The notes under the pieces were generated by a model that worked only from the letters and a program-made list of their open reading frames with translations, was not told the origin of the DNA and ran no database searches. DNA of 64,000 bases from Balanoglossus misakiensis. Its lineage: Eukaryota > Animalia > Hemichordata. Each line of letters starts with the position of its first letter. Position 1 is the first letter of the stretch. The position numbers and the translations under genes are program-made. Below, piece by piece: positions 38,521-51,700 of the stretch. The stretch spans positions 11,838,415-11,902,414 of the forward strand of contig CM082582.2 of the NCBI GenBank assembly GCA_040954595.2, given 5' to 3'.

Positions 38521-39641
38521 CTACTTCTTGTCGAATTTCCTTTTGACTTCTTCCGGAACAACAATGTTCATCGGTAAAATAATGACGTCATCTTTCCCTA
38601 AGGCGTCTAGTTCAAGGTTGGGACATATATATTCCTTCTCTCCCCGCGCGCCGCTTTCAAACTTCGTGAACCCGTCTCCTTGGAAAAGTTCAAAGAGTTT
38701 TAACTCGCAGTACAAGAATAGCCTCGTCTGCCAGGCTTTGGGTTCCTTTAATGAGATGTATTTCTCGTAGCTCATGAATTTTTCGTCCGGCGGGTCTTTG
38801 ATTCCCTCGATGAATTTCATCCCGGCGTGCTTTTCATAGAACTCAACACTGTGCCTTCTTATTTCGGGCAGATGTTTCATCAGTGACTTCTCCGCCTTTG
38901 GGTAGTACGCCTTGACGAACTCCAGCACACCGTCCCAAGTTGCCGGAACTACTTTAACACTGCGCGGACGGAACACCACCAACCAGAATGAACGATGGTC
39001 TACGCACACCTAGTTGATAAAGGAATTTATAATTACATCACAGGGAAAATATAACCACTTCCATAGACAACATGTTTCATAGCAAAATTTGTGAATTAAA
39101 AACAGTGTGAATGTACCCATAACATCTAAGACAGTGAAATTAAATCCGATTGAAAATGTATGCTTTTACAGTATTTAGTGTTGACTGACATGACACCTTC
39201 ACTAGAGAATACAATGCTACTATTACATAACATTACATTAGGCCCATGGAGGATACAATACGTGTACATTACATGGAGAACCCTCTCGGTCTACAAGATA
39301 TACCTCCACAAATGACATTAAATTTTATAGTCCACACGCTAGCTTACCTTCAAGTGGATGTACTCAGGCAGATAACCTAACTGAACCAACATGTCGTATG
39401 GTTTCCTTGACAACAGCGTGCCGGTAACGGTTTCCGGTCCAAACACGAAGGCCGTCTTGCGTCCAGGGAAGAGAGATAGCTTTTCTGGTTGGTGCAAATC
39501 GTCGGACGTTGTGCAGATGCGACCGAACACGGCGTCGGCGAGTTTAATGTTTGCTGACTCATTTGGCTTCCGAGCACCAGAGTTATCCCGGTCGATTGTC
39601 AATGACTTCCTCAAGCGTTCGGCCAGGTCCTCCAGAGACAT
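38521..39641 (-). CDS. uncharacterised two-exon protein, ~260 aa
   Basis: Exon 39641-39348 (MSLEDLAERL...YIHLK, donor GTAAG) joins exon 39009-38521 (VCVDH...FDKK*) at phase 0. Coding-like composition; family not recognised. Confidence 0.78.
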
Positions 39642-40253
39642 GTTACCTAAACCCGTTCCGTTGCTACGCTCATGAAGAGCAGAGCGCACCCAGCGGTAGA
39701 ATACCTGTGATCTGCTTGCTGTAAGTCCTATACCAGACTAGGGTAATAGTCCCGCGGACTCGCCAGGCCAGTCGGAGGCTACCAGCAATAATTGTAGCAG
39801 TAGGTCGCTATGTTCGCCTACTGACTAGGGGGTCGCGGAAATAGTCAAAAAGCGAAATAGCGACAGTTATTGTAGCTAGCCTGCAGAAGCCTGCGCCCAA
39901 TCGAATGGCAAATGCATCTCACACAACGCTTGGGGGTTGCATTTGTAACAACCGATTCAACCTTATCATATAATTATATCCTAATAACTGTTTCAAGCTG
40001 TACAATAAAATAGAATAAGTTATGTTTTCATAATAAATCCTCAAGCAGGAACTGTTTGTCAACCAATTTTTGAGCGACCCAGCGTACTGTGTATAACGTT
40101 AAATGGCCCTGACCTGATTTGAAAGGTCGACCTTTGCAGTGCAGAGCACGACCTATCGGTGGTGTGGGATGTAACGGTGGCAATGTGTTATTAAAGATAT
40201 AAGGGAAAGTAAGTTGCTTTCGCACCAGGGTCTATAGTTGAAGCGAACAATCC

Positions 40254-42058
40254 ATGATGTCGGCCAATGCAAAGACAGATCTACAGCTAGTACAAAGAGA
40301 CCGTTATGATGAACTTGTGGATATTCTGAAGGACCAACTACCAGGATCGGTAAAAGTAAGATTTTTTCTTAGAATTGTTCTCAGAAAGAAGGACTTCTAA
40401 TCCAGAATCTATCACTGCAGGTTACCTTGGCCCACTATTTGCCTGCGGAAATGTGAGAAATAAAATGGCGTTCCAGATTGACATAAAATGCCAGAATTGG
40501 CTAGAATATTTCTGTCTACAAGCTTCTGTGTTTGTAAATATGTATTAAGATAAAATATATTAAGTTTCTGTGCAATTCCTCACCTTGGTTTCACCGAATC
40601 CAGGTTATCGGTCATCTGTGCGCCAGTCTGAGAAGTGACAAGTGGGTAATGTCTGTGTACGTCGATTCTTGGCCAAAACCGTCAGTTGTGCTTGTCCGAG
40701 ACGATACAGTCGAAGGTATGACGGTAAGTGGGCTATTGGTTATTTAGCATTGCCAAGCGGGAATTGTCTGGAAAGAGTAAAAAAATACAACCTCTCAACC
40801 ATGTGTCATATCATCAGGGATGTTTTACTCATGTTTTTGTGTGTGCATATTGCTTCTTCTGCTAAACATATGCCACGTGTGCTAATAATTTACTATAAAT
40901 ACCCCGAATAAACGTACATATGTGCTGGGTGAACCACGGTCTTGAGGGGCCGTGGGTGAACCGACATATTACCTGCAGATTGAGAAATGTGCAACACAAC
41001 ATGCTATGATAATTTTCCAATGTCAGTTATAATCAAATAACGGTATTTACTTCTATTTGACAGTATGGAAATATGAATGTTCTCTTCCATGCCGTTGATG
41101 CGGAAGCACTGAGGCAGATATTAGCAACAACAGAAGTGTTAGACTGGAAAAATACAATATCATTTAAAGGCGAGTATCTGCGTCAATTTTTCGCACGTTC
41201 AGAAACATACGCCCGAGTTCGTGTTTTTTGATATCTGAACGTCGGTATCCAAAACGGAAGTTAACAAAATTCTATATCCAACAGGAATCGAAGCCTCCCA
41301 TCTTGAAGTCCTGAATGAAATAAAACCCACGGACTCTGTATTGACAGAGGAAATAAGAGCAGATGTTTACATATGTGAAAATGGTGAAAAGTTGTACGGA
41401 CGGTTAGTCAGAATCGAATGTTGATTTTCTCCTAGTTGAAAAAGGATTATTCGAACATTCATGATGAGAATGGCATATGGTCTGACCAGGCATTCGCAGA
41501 ATGAGAAGGGAAAAATGTTATCTGATCTTCACTTTACCGTCTTGTATTTTTTTTCGTTTTAACAAGAAGTTTGATCATTAGATGATCCACTTCTTTCGTA
41601 TTCTCACAAAATGTACGATTAACATTTCTACTTTTTACAGGGCATTGCCTGACGAATACCGGCTTTCCAAACTGAGCAAGAATGACCTTAACACCGTTAT
41701 GGGGTTGTGGAAATTTGGAAGTGACAGACTCCGAGAGCGATTCTCCCTTCAAATCGACACACATTTCACTGCAGGTATTTACAGCACGCAAACGGGAGAA
41801 CTGCTATCGTGGGCATTTCACCAATACTACGGCTCCGTCGGAGTGGTCAACACGGCCGAATCTCACCGACGGAAAGGTTTTGCTAAAATTGTTATATCCG
41901 AAGTGGCAAGAAGCGTCTTGGATTCTGAAGAAATCGCCTGGGCTAACGTGCACGACGTGAAGTCAAAGCACGTGTCCGAGAACATGTTGGGGTCAGTGGG
42001 ATTCAAACCGGCTAACATGCAACAGGTGTGGGCGGTGTATAATCCGGCAAAGTTGTAG
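40254..42058 (+). CDS. GNAT-family glycine N-acyltransferase-like protein (FR47-like C-terminal domain), paralog A, 287 aa
   Basis: Exons 40254-40355, 40604-40723, 41064-41169, 41285-41402, 41641-42058 in frame; motifs LPGSVKV, YVDSWP, ELLSWA and the acetyl-CoA motif HRRKGFA. Confidence 0.87.
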
Positions 42059-42671
42059 AGAACAATGACTTTCTGATGTAGTTTTTGGAACACAGTTTTG
42101 TAAATGTTCAGTGCCTTACCGCACTCCCTGAGGGTGTTGTTGAGCAATAAAGTTTAAACTATTATAAGGTGAAGCTAATATAATGACTGAATGGTATGCA
42201 CAACAACTGAACAAGGCTTATATCGGTGGATACAGTATTCAAAACGATCTGAACCCGGAAGGGATTGGTTTGCGCACATGTCCCTTCACACATGTTCATT
42301 TGATATCGTACAACTTGTGAAATTAACAACAAAACACGTGCGTCAATTCATATATGGTAACGTTTGAATCTAATCCCCGATTTGTCAATTTACTAGTATA
42401 TTTGCTTTCGAAGGGTGAAAGACCAACAACAGCCACGATAAATCTGCATTTAAATATTGAAATATTGACCCCTGTTAATATAAAATCAGGTCCATCAAAA
42501 GGGGTGGGTGTGTTGGAGCAGAAACTCTCCGGACTTTTCCCTTTTCGTGGCGGACGTAAAGCCTGATTTGGTGATTGTTGGGAGTTATTAAGGCTTATGG
42601 GGTATGTTTAATTTATAGCAGCGTTACCTTACTATGCTGTGACGTACCTTAGGCATAGCTCCCTGGTCCTT

Positions 42672-42762
42672 AGCCTGGTATCCATACCCCAGTGTGTCTT
42701 TCTGGTATCCTACCCAGTGTGTTTTAGATAGACTCACACACCTTGGGTATGGATACCAGGCT
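42672..42762. mobile_element. 91-bp MITE with 10-bp TSD
   Basis: TIR AGCCTGGTATCCATACCC / GGGTATGGATACCAGGCT; direct repeat CCTGGTCCTT at 42662-42671 and 42763-42772. Confidence 0.82.
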
Positions 42763-43103
42763 CCTGGTCCTTAGCTAGGATTTGTGAGTGCTTGTCGGCA
42801 GGCGCAGGCATTCACGCCTTGTTTAGTTCCACGTGAATTCAGTATGTCATAAACGCCACACCACCAGTAGCAGGGCCCCGAATTGGCGACGTCGCCGGAG
42901 AGCCGAAGGTCGAGCTTGTGATACGGAAACAACCTTGCACAGATAAGCTTGTAAGCGAAGCACCGGCACATGCGGCTGTCGAGCCTGGATCTCGACCGTG
43001 GGTTGAAATTGGTCATGAAGTTCGCATGTTCTTTTTCTACTTCAGGCTGTATCGCAGGGCTATCGCATATTCCTACTCCAGCATCTGTGGGTTCAGAAAA
43101 CGA

Positions 43104-44835
43104 ATGATGTCACTGTCGGCGCACGCAAGCAGCGATCCATTGCAACCTGTCCAAAAAGAGCAATATGCAAATCTCGCCCAGGTGTTACGCAGTCAGCTGC
43201 CAGGATCTTTAAAGGTTTGTTCCTCGACGAGACGAGATGAGAGTGAAACTTTGGTTCGTGTGTGTCTGGCCGCTTTTCCGTCCGGGTTTATACATCCACG
43301 AAGATTGGTGTCTTAGTAAATCCTTGATTTGGAACTTTTACGAGCTCTAAATTTATTTTCGAGGAGTTTCTGAAAAGTCAAGTACATGTAACGTGGTTTG
43401 TAGGGCTATAAGCTTATACAATTTTCATCATACACCTGATGCGGCTGCCCAATGAATATTTCATTATAATACAGGTTATTGGTCATCTAAACTCCCATCT
43501 GAAAAGTGACAAGTGGTTTATATCGACCTACGTTGATTCATGGCCTGAACCGTCAGTTGTGCTTGTTGTTGATTACACAGTTGAAGGTTTATCGGTAAGT
43601 TGTCAGCATTTCTCTACTATGCATACTACAGTAAGTAAAATGTGCAATGTACCATACTCACTCATGTTCCGAAATTGCGACCACCTCGTCAGAAATCGAC
43701 CATGCGACATTTCCCTCAAACAAAGTGCACAGAGTCATAAACTCATCTACGTCTCTTTTGCAGTCGGGAGATAAGAATGTTGTGATCCATGCTGTTGATA
43801 ACGAGAAATTGAGAAACGTATTGCAAAAGACACAGGTGTTAAACTGGAAGAAGTCAATGACTTTTAAAGGCGAGTTTAAATGCATTAAATTTGTTGCATT
43901 GCCACGCCAACCTTTCTCTCTGGAAGCAAATGTTCACCACACTAATTGGTCCTGAATTTTATGATACGTCATCTCAAAAAGACATGAAAACAATGCTTCA
44001 AAAATTAGTTTTCTGCAGGGAAAACCTGTTTAATATATTTTCACCAATCCTCTCCTCCAGGAATCGAAGGCTCTCTTCTTCAAATTCTGGAAGAAATCAA
44101 ACCCCGGGACTCAGTATTAAAAGAAGAAATCAGAGCAGATGTCCATATGTATGACAATGGTGAAGCGTTATACAAAGGGTTAGCGAAAGTTTATTTCCAT
44201 TTAAAGGATGCGGATACCTGTAATTAACACATGCCTATATATGGTTACAAAGTCGATCTTCTAATACAGCAGGCCTATAGACTATACATTTGTTTATCAG
44301 TGATTAGATGGTGATTGGTCTCTGAGAAAATGTGCTGAAGTAGGCCTATAGGCCTATAACTTTTATTTCCAATGCTGCTTGGTAGCTACAGATCAACTGT
44401 AACATCTCTGTTGTTTACAGGACATTAAACGATGAATACCGAATTTCAAAGCTGACTGGCAACGACATTGATACAGTCATGAAAATCTGGAAATTTGGCA
44501 GCGACAGACTTCGAGAACGATTCTTGCTCCAAACGGAAACACACTTCACTGCCGGGATATTCAGTGCGGAGACGGGTGAATTACTGTCCTGGGCGATCCA
44601 ACAGCACTTTGGCGCAATCGGAGCGGTCCATACTGTTGAATCTCACAGACGGAAAGGTTTTGCTAAAATTGTCATGTCCTACGTGGCACAGAATGTTTTG
44701 AACTCTGGTCAAATCGTTTGGGCACACGTTGAGGACGTGAAGTCAAAACACGTGTCCGAAAACATGATGAGGTCACTGGGATTCAAACCGGCAAACATAC
44801 AACATGTTTGGGTAGTATATATGCCGACAGCTTAA
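43104..44835 (+). CDS. GNAT/GLYAT-like protein, paralog B, 289 aa (possible upstream in-frame ATG at 43026)
   Basis: Exons 43104-43214, 43475-43594, 43764-43869, 44061-44178, 44421-44835; same internal exon sizes and high identity with paralog A; HRRKGFA. Confidence 0.87.
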
Positions 44836-45295
44836 AACTCAAATTAACCAGGATCTATTTTTGCTTGACACTATCAAAGTGAAATAAAAGATCAGTAGTT
44901 TCCCTTTAGTGCACGTGCACGGATGTTTTTATTCAACTCACCGAAGTGCGGAAAGTTTACCATGTTACTTTTGAAACCAATATAGATACCACCTTACATT
45001 GGTTCAATGTTTGGAAGGAAAAGAAACAATGCCGTATAAACTGTCTGTACAATAATACACACGACCAAAGACTCTGGCTAAGTGGTAGCCACCATGTAAC
45101 AGCACTGCAAATACCCTTATCGGGTCAGACCGCCCTGACCTTGACCTATGACCTCGCTACTTCCAGTCCAGAGAACACGCATTGCCTCGCCAGGACGTCT
45201 TCCATGATACACACAGGCGGTTACTACCATTTACTGGTAAAATGTGGACGGTACAAACGTGGCATTGATAACCTGAGTAAGCGAAATTGACGACC

Positions 45296-47062
45296 ATGTC
45301 TGTTGTTGCTGAAAATGAGGATGGCGCAGTTCGCGTGGATGACATTTTGTTACCCGTCACACGGGATGATTTGGGGAGACTGATAGACTCTTTGAAACCA
45401 CAAGCACCTCACTCGCTAAAGGTAATCAGAGTTCATCCAGCCTTAAAGGGTGGCAAAACGTGTCTATGGATCCATTTGTCGATGCAGAGTAATATAGGGG
45501 GATGCTCCCCCGGCCCCCTCTGGTGGACAGGTCTGGCGCCCTCAATGGTTGGGCTTTGTATAGCTGGAAAAAATTAAATATTGTGCGTATTTAGTTTTGT
45601 TTTACCGCTTTCCCTTCAAGTGCTGGGTTTCCTTTTAGACTGCCAAGAATATCGTGTGGCTTTTAACAAGTGAATACATATATGATGGCTACCCTATTTC
45701 AGGTTATTGACATCATTTTTGCCAATACACTGTCATCCGAGTGGAAAACTATGGTGTATGTGGATCATCTGCCTCGCCCTAGTGTTGTTGTATGTATGAA
45801 CAGCCGCAATGATGGACCATATGTAAGTCAATGGCAAAACATTTTTCCAATAGGATTCCTATAGGAAAGCTGTAAAATGCTTTAGGAAATCAGAATAGGA
45901 CATAAAGGACATATGCCATCATATACGATTATTACCGGAAATTTCTTCTGCTCTACTATCCTTGCCAGTTTTTGTTTTCATAGCTATAAATGTGCGGGCT
46001 TTTTTTTTAATTTCCATGAAGACTCCTGTTGGAGATATTGATGTGTTCGTCCATGCCACTTCTCCATGTGCTCTCAAACAAGTTTTGACAGAATCCAAGG
46101 TGATTGATTGGACCAAAACTATGGTATTCGAAGGTAAGTTTGTATACATGTAAACGCATGTATGTCTTTAATATGTGAATTCTAATGCTGATGGAAGAAC
46201 TCTACCCAACTGACAATTGACACAGTTCATTTCTTGTATTTTGAAGGTCTAGAGTCAACTTTACAGTCTGTTCTGGAGGAAGCTGTTCCTGCGTCGGCTT
46301 CATTGAAGTTTGACGTTTTTAATGCAGTTGATGTGTATGTACACACAGACGAAACAAAGTTACAGCGGTGAGTATCATCACAATGCTTATATCAAAGACA
46401 CGCAGTCAATTTTAAATCATGCCTGTATCAGACAAGAGAGCAGTGTTTATGGCAGTAGCCCATTTTCGGGCAGTATTAGCGCCCTCTATAGATAATATAT
46501 GACATTTATTTTCATATATATTCTTTCAATACATGTATGCAAAGTAAAAGTTTGCTGCAACTTCTGTTCTACTTTATATTGAAAGTTAATTTGTGATGGC
46601 AATTAACATGCATTTCTCTAAACACCTTCCTCCAGCTCGGTGCCTGAAGGCTTGTCTTTGAACCCACTGAGAAAAGAAGACGCCGAAACTGTCATGCGAA
46701 ATTGGAAGTTTGGGCGTGATTGGATGCTGCCAGAAATGCGTCACACAATCGAGAAGAATTCGAGCAGCGGTCTGTTCAGTGGAGACGGAGAGCTGATATC
46801 CTGGGCACTGCACAACTTCATCGGAGGCATCGGGTTTGTCCACACCTTGGAGAAATACCGCGGACAGGGGTACGCTAAACTGGTGATTGCTGATGCAACA
46901 CGGAGGGTTTTGGAGCAAGGAATCACACCCTGGGCTCACGTGGAAGATGTCCCAGGGAGGGAGAGGTCTGAAAGGATGTTAGAAGCAGTCGGGTATGCAC
47001 CTTCTGGTGTGAGACAGGTTTTTGGATTCTACGCCCCGGCTGGGAAAGAAATCACTTTCTGA
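45296..47062 (+). CDS. GNAT/GLYAT-like protein, paralog C (more divergent), 301 aa
   Basis: Exons 45296-45421, 45703-45822, 46022-46133, 46247-46367, 46636-47062; ELISWA and HTLEKYRGQGYA; same intron phases as A and B. Confidence 0.87.
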
Positions 47063-49495
47063 CTGACAAGGCACGTTTTCTATCAGGTGTATGTTCATTT
47101 GAATTTTATCATTCTCAGTCTAATACTGAAATCAGTAAAGCGGCAAGTACATGCATTGCCATAACAAACATCTCTGGTGTGTTGGAATCATTTCTACTTT
47201 TCTCACATCTCTTACTCTCAAATACTCTGACACAATACACAGTACCAACAACAATTTTCTTTTGAAGTTTTTGGTTTTATTTTCAAATTGCAACGAATTC
47301 AACACAAACAAACAAAATGAACAATGTTGCATTGTTTTTGTCATGTCCTACAAGTCTTTCTTGCCAGGGCCAATACTTTGAAAACATGGAGTCGACATAG
47401 ATTACATTATTGGTCACTGCAGTATATAACTGAAGCAGAACAATCATAAGGGTTCCAACAAATGAAAAAAGAACACCCATTTGTCACAAATATGCTAAAA
47501 ATAAACGCCCAATCACAAAGCAGAGTCAATATGCGGCACCTTGTGAGGCCTTGCCTCATAGGTTACAGTGTTCATGCACCTGTTGACAAAGGAACTGACC
47601 ATTTGCCATTCAACCATGGCATGTTACCTTGTAAAGGGGCAACTTTTGAAGGAAGATTATTGTTCGAAACTGTATTTTATAATCAGGTAAGCTGCATAAC
47701 ACTAATTTTGTTAATTTTAACATTGAACTTTGACGTAATCTGAGAGTCAGGTATGTAAATATTTTTTTAATGTCTTAAGGCTATGCAAGAAAGCTGCTGG
47801 TAAGATATGGAACGTATTGGCCACATGAAGTAACCTGTCGAACACAAACACTAACATTGGCAAGCTGGTGGATTAATGATTTCAAAGAATTGATCTAATT
47901 GTTTTACAGTGACATTCTTTGCAGACCATGTTCTCTTCTTTTACAAGATGTACTGATGATTCAAGGTTTGGATTTGCCTGGCATACATTGCTTTGACAGA
48001 GTTGTCACTGAGGTCACAAAGCATGATGGGTAATGAAGAGGGGGCCTTTATTATACAATTTCATACACAAACCATTCCATATTTTAGCAAATTTGATAAG
48101 AAAATAAACACGATTCATATATTAATCACCACTGGTGTAAGCATAGCCCTGGCGCAGTGCTGCCAAACAAAATATACACTGACAATTCTTTCTATTTGAT
48201 ACAAAATAACAAAACTACTTGTGTCAACAAGCAACATTCAAAGTAATGCCAGTTCCCAAACTTCTGAATTGCTCTTCGCAAATCTAGCCAGGCATTTTCA
48301 GGCTGCAAAGGACACAGCATTGAAGGGTATGCACAGCCTAAAACACTTGTCAAGATACTAAACTACATCAGTTGCACTAATAGAACTGTTCAACAAATAA
48401 CCATGAAAAGATACAAAAAGGAAATGTCTTGTATAATAAACTCTATATACCTTATTTCTTTGTACGTTGTATTGAAGGTTAAATCTTGTACAGTATTTTG
48501 CGAAAATCCATCTCCCCAAGCACCAATAACATCCAAAATCACTCAACTGAACAATTTCACATTTCTATTTGCCCAAGAATCACCTGACCTGACTTGTACC
48601 CAAATTGGAATTACATCTCGAAGGCGTAGTGTAAAATATTGCAAGACCATGGATTAGTTTCAGGCATTGCATTTTCAAGCAGGTTACAATAAATCAGATG
48701 GCACTTCAGAAATTATAAATTACATTGTATATCGCAATACAATCATGATACATGTACGGTGGATTTCTCATAGTGACGTTTGGTGTATTTCAAGCAGTAT
48801 TTTCCACGATATCTGACATTGATACCAGTGTGTGCATCAAATGTTTTTTTTTCAAAACAATGTACTCCTTGAGATTTGACAGACAATGGACTTGTAGCAG
48901 CTATGGTAAAATGTGCATGGTTTGTGTAGTTTCTGTACTATGAATGTGCCTAATGTAACCTACTGTTATGGTAACGTAATGATTTTAATCAAAGTGAAAA
49001 TAGAGTTTTCAAGCCCTTTATGCCTTGTTGTTCTGTGCCATTTGTGTATATTCATGTAGTGTGACTTCTGGTATATCTTTAGAAATAGAAAATATGACTG
49101 ACAATAATTAAAAAAATGGATGCCGGAATTAGAACAAGGACCATTCATTGTACACTACTGTATTGTTCACATCAGACCAGGATGATGGGTGCTGTCACAT
49201 CCTCTGCCTGTTTCAACATGCACTGCGATAAAAAGTGCAGACAACCACACAACTGCCATACATTGAACTATATATGAACTGTCCCGGTACGGGAAAAACT
49301 TGTGGCTATGGATGATTGAATGTTTAGTTTCCTAAAACTGTTTTTGTATGGCTATATCTTTTCTGTGCTATCAAAGCAAAATAAGACTGAATGGTGAAGG
49401 ACTATGTACTCAAAAATACCACTATATTAGAACATATGGTGTAATGACAAGTTAATTAATAAACAAGACAACCTATTCTATGCTTCTCTGTTTCA

Positions 49496-49578
49496 TTAAC
49501 CCTTTCACCCCAAGTTCCCTCTTTAGAGGCCCAACCTTGCCATGGGTTTGGACTGAACCATGGTGGTGAAAGGGTTAA
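49496..49578. mobile_element. complete piggyBac-type TTAA MITE (~75 bp core)
   Basis: TTAA-CCCTTTCACC...GGTGAAAGGG-TTAA; a partial further copy lies at ~56727-56767. Confidence 0.8.
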
Positions 49579-49716
49579 AGGTCATGCTTACAGCATGCAA
49601 ATGCATTTGTTATTTGAATGATATACATGTATTATATATTACCCAGTGATAGTGCTTGAGGAGATGTGTGGTATGACGTTGGACTATTATGGAAAATGCA
49701 GAGAGAGGGGGTAAAC

Positions 49717-50112
49717 TTAGGCTTCCGACTTTATCACATTGTCTTCTCTTGTATGAACAGCATACTCATGATCCTTGAGAGGGGCACCATTCTGTACACA
49801 ACAACGAGGTTCACTGTTCATGGCAGTGCAGAAGTTTCCCGAGCCACTGGTGTCCGGCATATGGCCGGCATGGCACAAGAACAGATCCTTAAGGACACTC
49901 AGCTCCTTGGAGAGCAGTTTGACTTTGACTTCCAGCTGCTCATTCTCAGCCTTGAGTTCATTCACTCTCTGCAGAGTTTCCTGGGTTCTCTGTTTCGTCT
50001 TCGTGCGACTCTTTCTCACAGCGATGTTGTTGCGTTCCCTGCGTTTCTTGTACTCGTCGCTCTTCTTGTCGCTATGGTACTTCTTATTGGCCTTTGAGCT
50101 ATCTGGCGCCAT
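49717..50112 (-). CDS. CEBPG: CCAAT/enhancer-binding protein gamma, 131 aa
   Basis: Short bZIP protein with no activation domain: SDEYKKRRERNNIAVRKSR...VNELKAENEQLEVKVKLLSKELSVLKDLFLCHA. Acceptor at ~50218 and a probable non-coding first exon ending at 50894. Confidence 0.92.
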   Translation of the reverse strand: MAPDSSKANKKYHSDKKSDEYKKRRERNNIAVRKSRTKTKQRTQETLQRVNELKAENEQLEVKVKLLSKELSVLKDLFLCHAGHMPDTSGSGNFCTAMNSEPRCCVQNGAPLKDHEYAVHTREDNVIKSEA

Positions 50113-50893
50113 TAGCACAGGAATATGTTCTCCCGACCAGCTGCAAAATGGGTGTGTGGATAATTTCCTTGTCTCAAGATGTTCGCTTCCTTTTGGGCTG
50201 CTACAAGTAGTTGTATCCTAGGATCATAAACAGAGATCATAGTTATAGAGAAATATTGAGATTGATTACTTTCACCACTTTCTTCCACATAATTTTAACA
50301 ATCGAAAGGAGACTACTACAAGAATAAAGTTGTTGTGTGCAAAACACACCTCTCCTAACACCCACATATGCAAAGTAGGTCATATCAGACTGTACAGTGT
50401 ACAAAAGTCAAAACTAAGCGTATGATCGGCCTCTGAAAAGTGTAGAATGATACAATATCAGCAATCGATGCACCAAGTAATGGGCAGAATTACAAAGCGT
50501 TACATAACCGTTGGTCCTTGCATCACAAACTGCGGCAACAGCCGAAATGTGTGTACTGTCATATCAGTTGTATTTATGATGACGTATACTAGTATATCGA
50601 TGTCGCCATTCTGGTCAACATTTTCGAGTTGATCTTGGCACTATCGCAGGGACTTAGCTTTCCTCTAGTTTGGCCGATAATTTAGGCTAAAGGTCTTTTG
50701 GTGTTGTATAATTTCCAACCGCCAAAATAATTGCTGCGACAGACGCTAGACATTGCATAACGAGCAGCGTGTGCGCATGTTGTTCTTTGGAGACGACAAG
50801 CTACAAGCACACTACAATGTACAACGGCCGTGCATTGCAAAGGTGTGACCCACTTCTCAACCAATCGACACATCAAAATCTACAAAACCTCAC

Positions 50894-51700
50894 CTTTTCT
50901 ATGGTTTGTCCGATTGAGGATATATTCTTAACAAGAATGTAGTACGTCCCCTTCGTAATTTCGGCCTGTAAGTGCAAATTTACGCTACGCGTTGTTGCAA
51001 AAGATGTCTGTGTTCAGACGCTGTAGTAAATGATGATGTAATTTGAGGTTCGTGTTGCTGGAAGCCTGGCCAATCAGAGAAGGCGATATGAATGTTCGTG
51101 AATGTGTTCATCGACAGTAAACGTTACAGTGATTGGCTACTATTTTCAGGTATGATACTTGTATATCGCTTTTCGCTTACATTTTTCTCTGAATTTTATA
51201 GTCACTTTCTTATACTTATGATATTGGTTATACATATAGTTAGTCTTCATCCAGGTAGCATCCATAAGACAAATAAATGTAACACGTGTGTAAAGTAGAT
51301 TGCGCAATCACAAGAAAGCCTGTCTCAGCATGTCAAATTTTCAACCAATGAAACAATTTCTTGATGACATCAGTTACTATTTTTGTAAGACCTATTTCAC
51401 ACATTTAGTGACCTTTTATATTCATACGCGAAAAAAAGAACCTTGCGTGAACATCTACTTGTGGTTCTGTCGTCAGTTTCGCACAAAATTGTATATAATA
51501 ATTGTCCTTTCACGTAAATGGTACGAAGGAATGTCGCGTTTCTGAAAATTAGTGACAGCCGCAGCGACATATTCCCCCAAATTGTTGCGCATTGATATAA
51601 CATCCCTTGCGAAGGGGCTAATCTACGTAAGAACCACGTTTGCCATGACGTTCGCACTTTGTCACATTGAAACAGCTGGATAAGACCTGCGACACATCAC
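50894..51700. promoter_or_regulatory. bidirectional promoter between CEBPG and the C/EBP gene
   Basis: Divergent genes; perfect C/EBP palindrome GATTGCGCAATC at 51298-51309; C/EBP-ATF composite TGATGTAAT at 51034-51042; CCAAT boxes at ~51070, ~51132 (reverse) and ~51346. Confidence 0.65.

Noticed and set aside
40100-40170. tRNA/SINE-like TTCAAATC B-box-like segment on the minus strand
   Set aside because: Cannot be folded into a cloverleaf and has no clear A box
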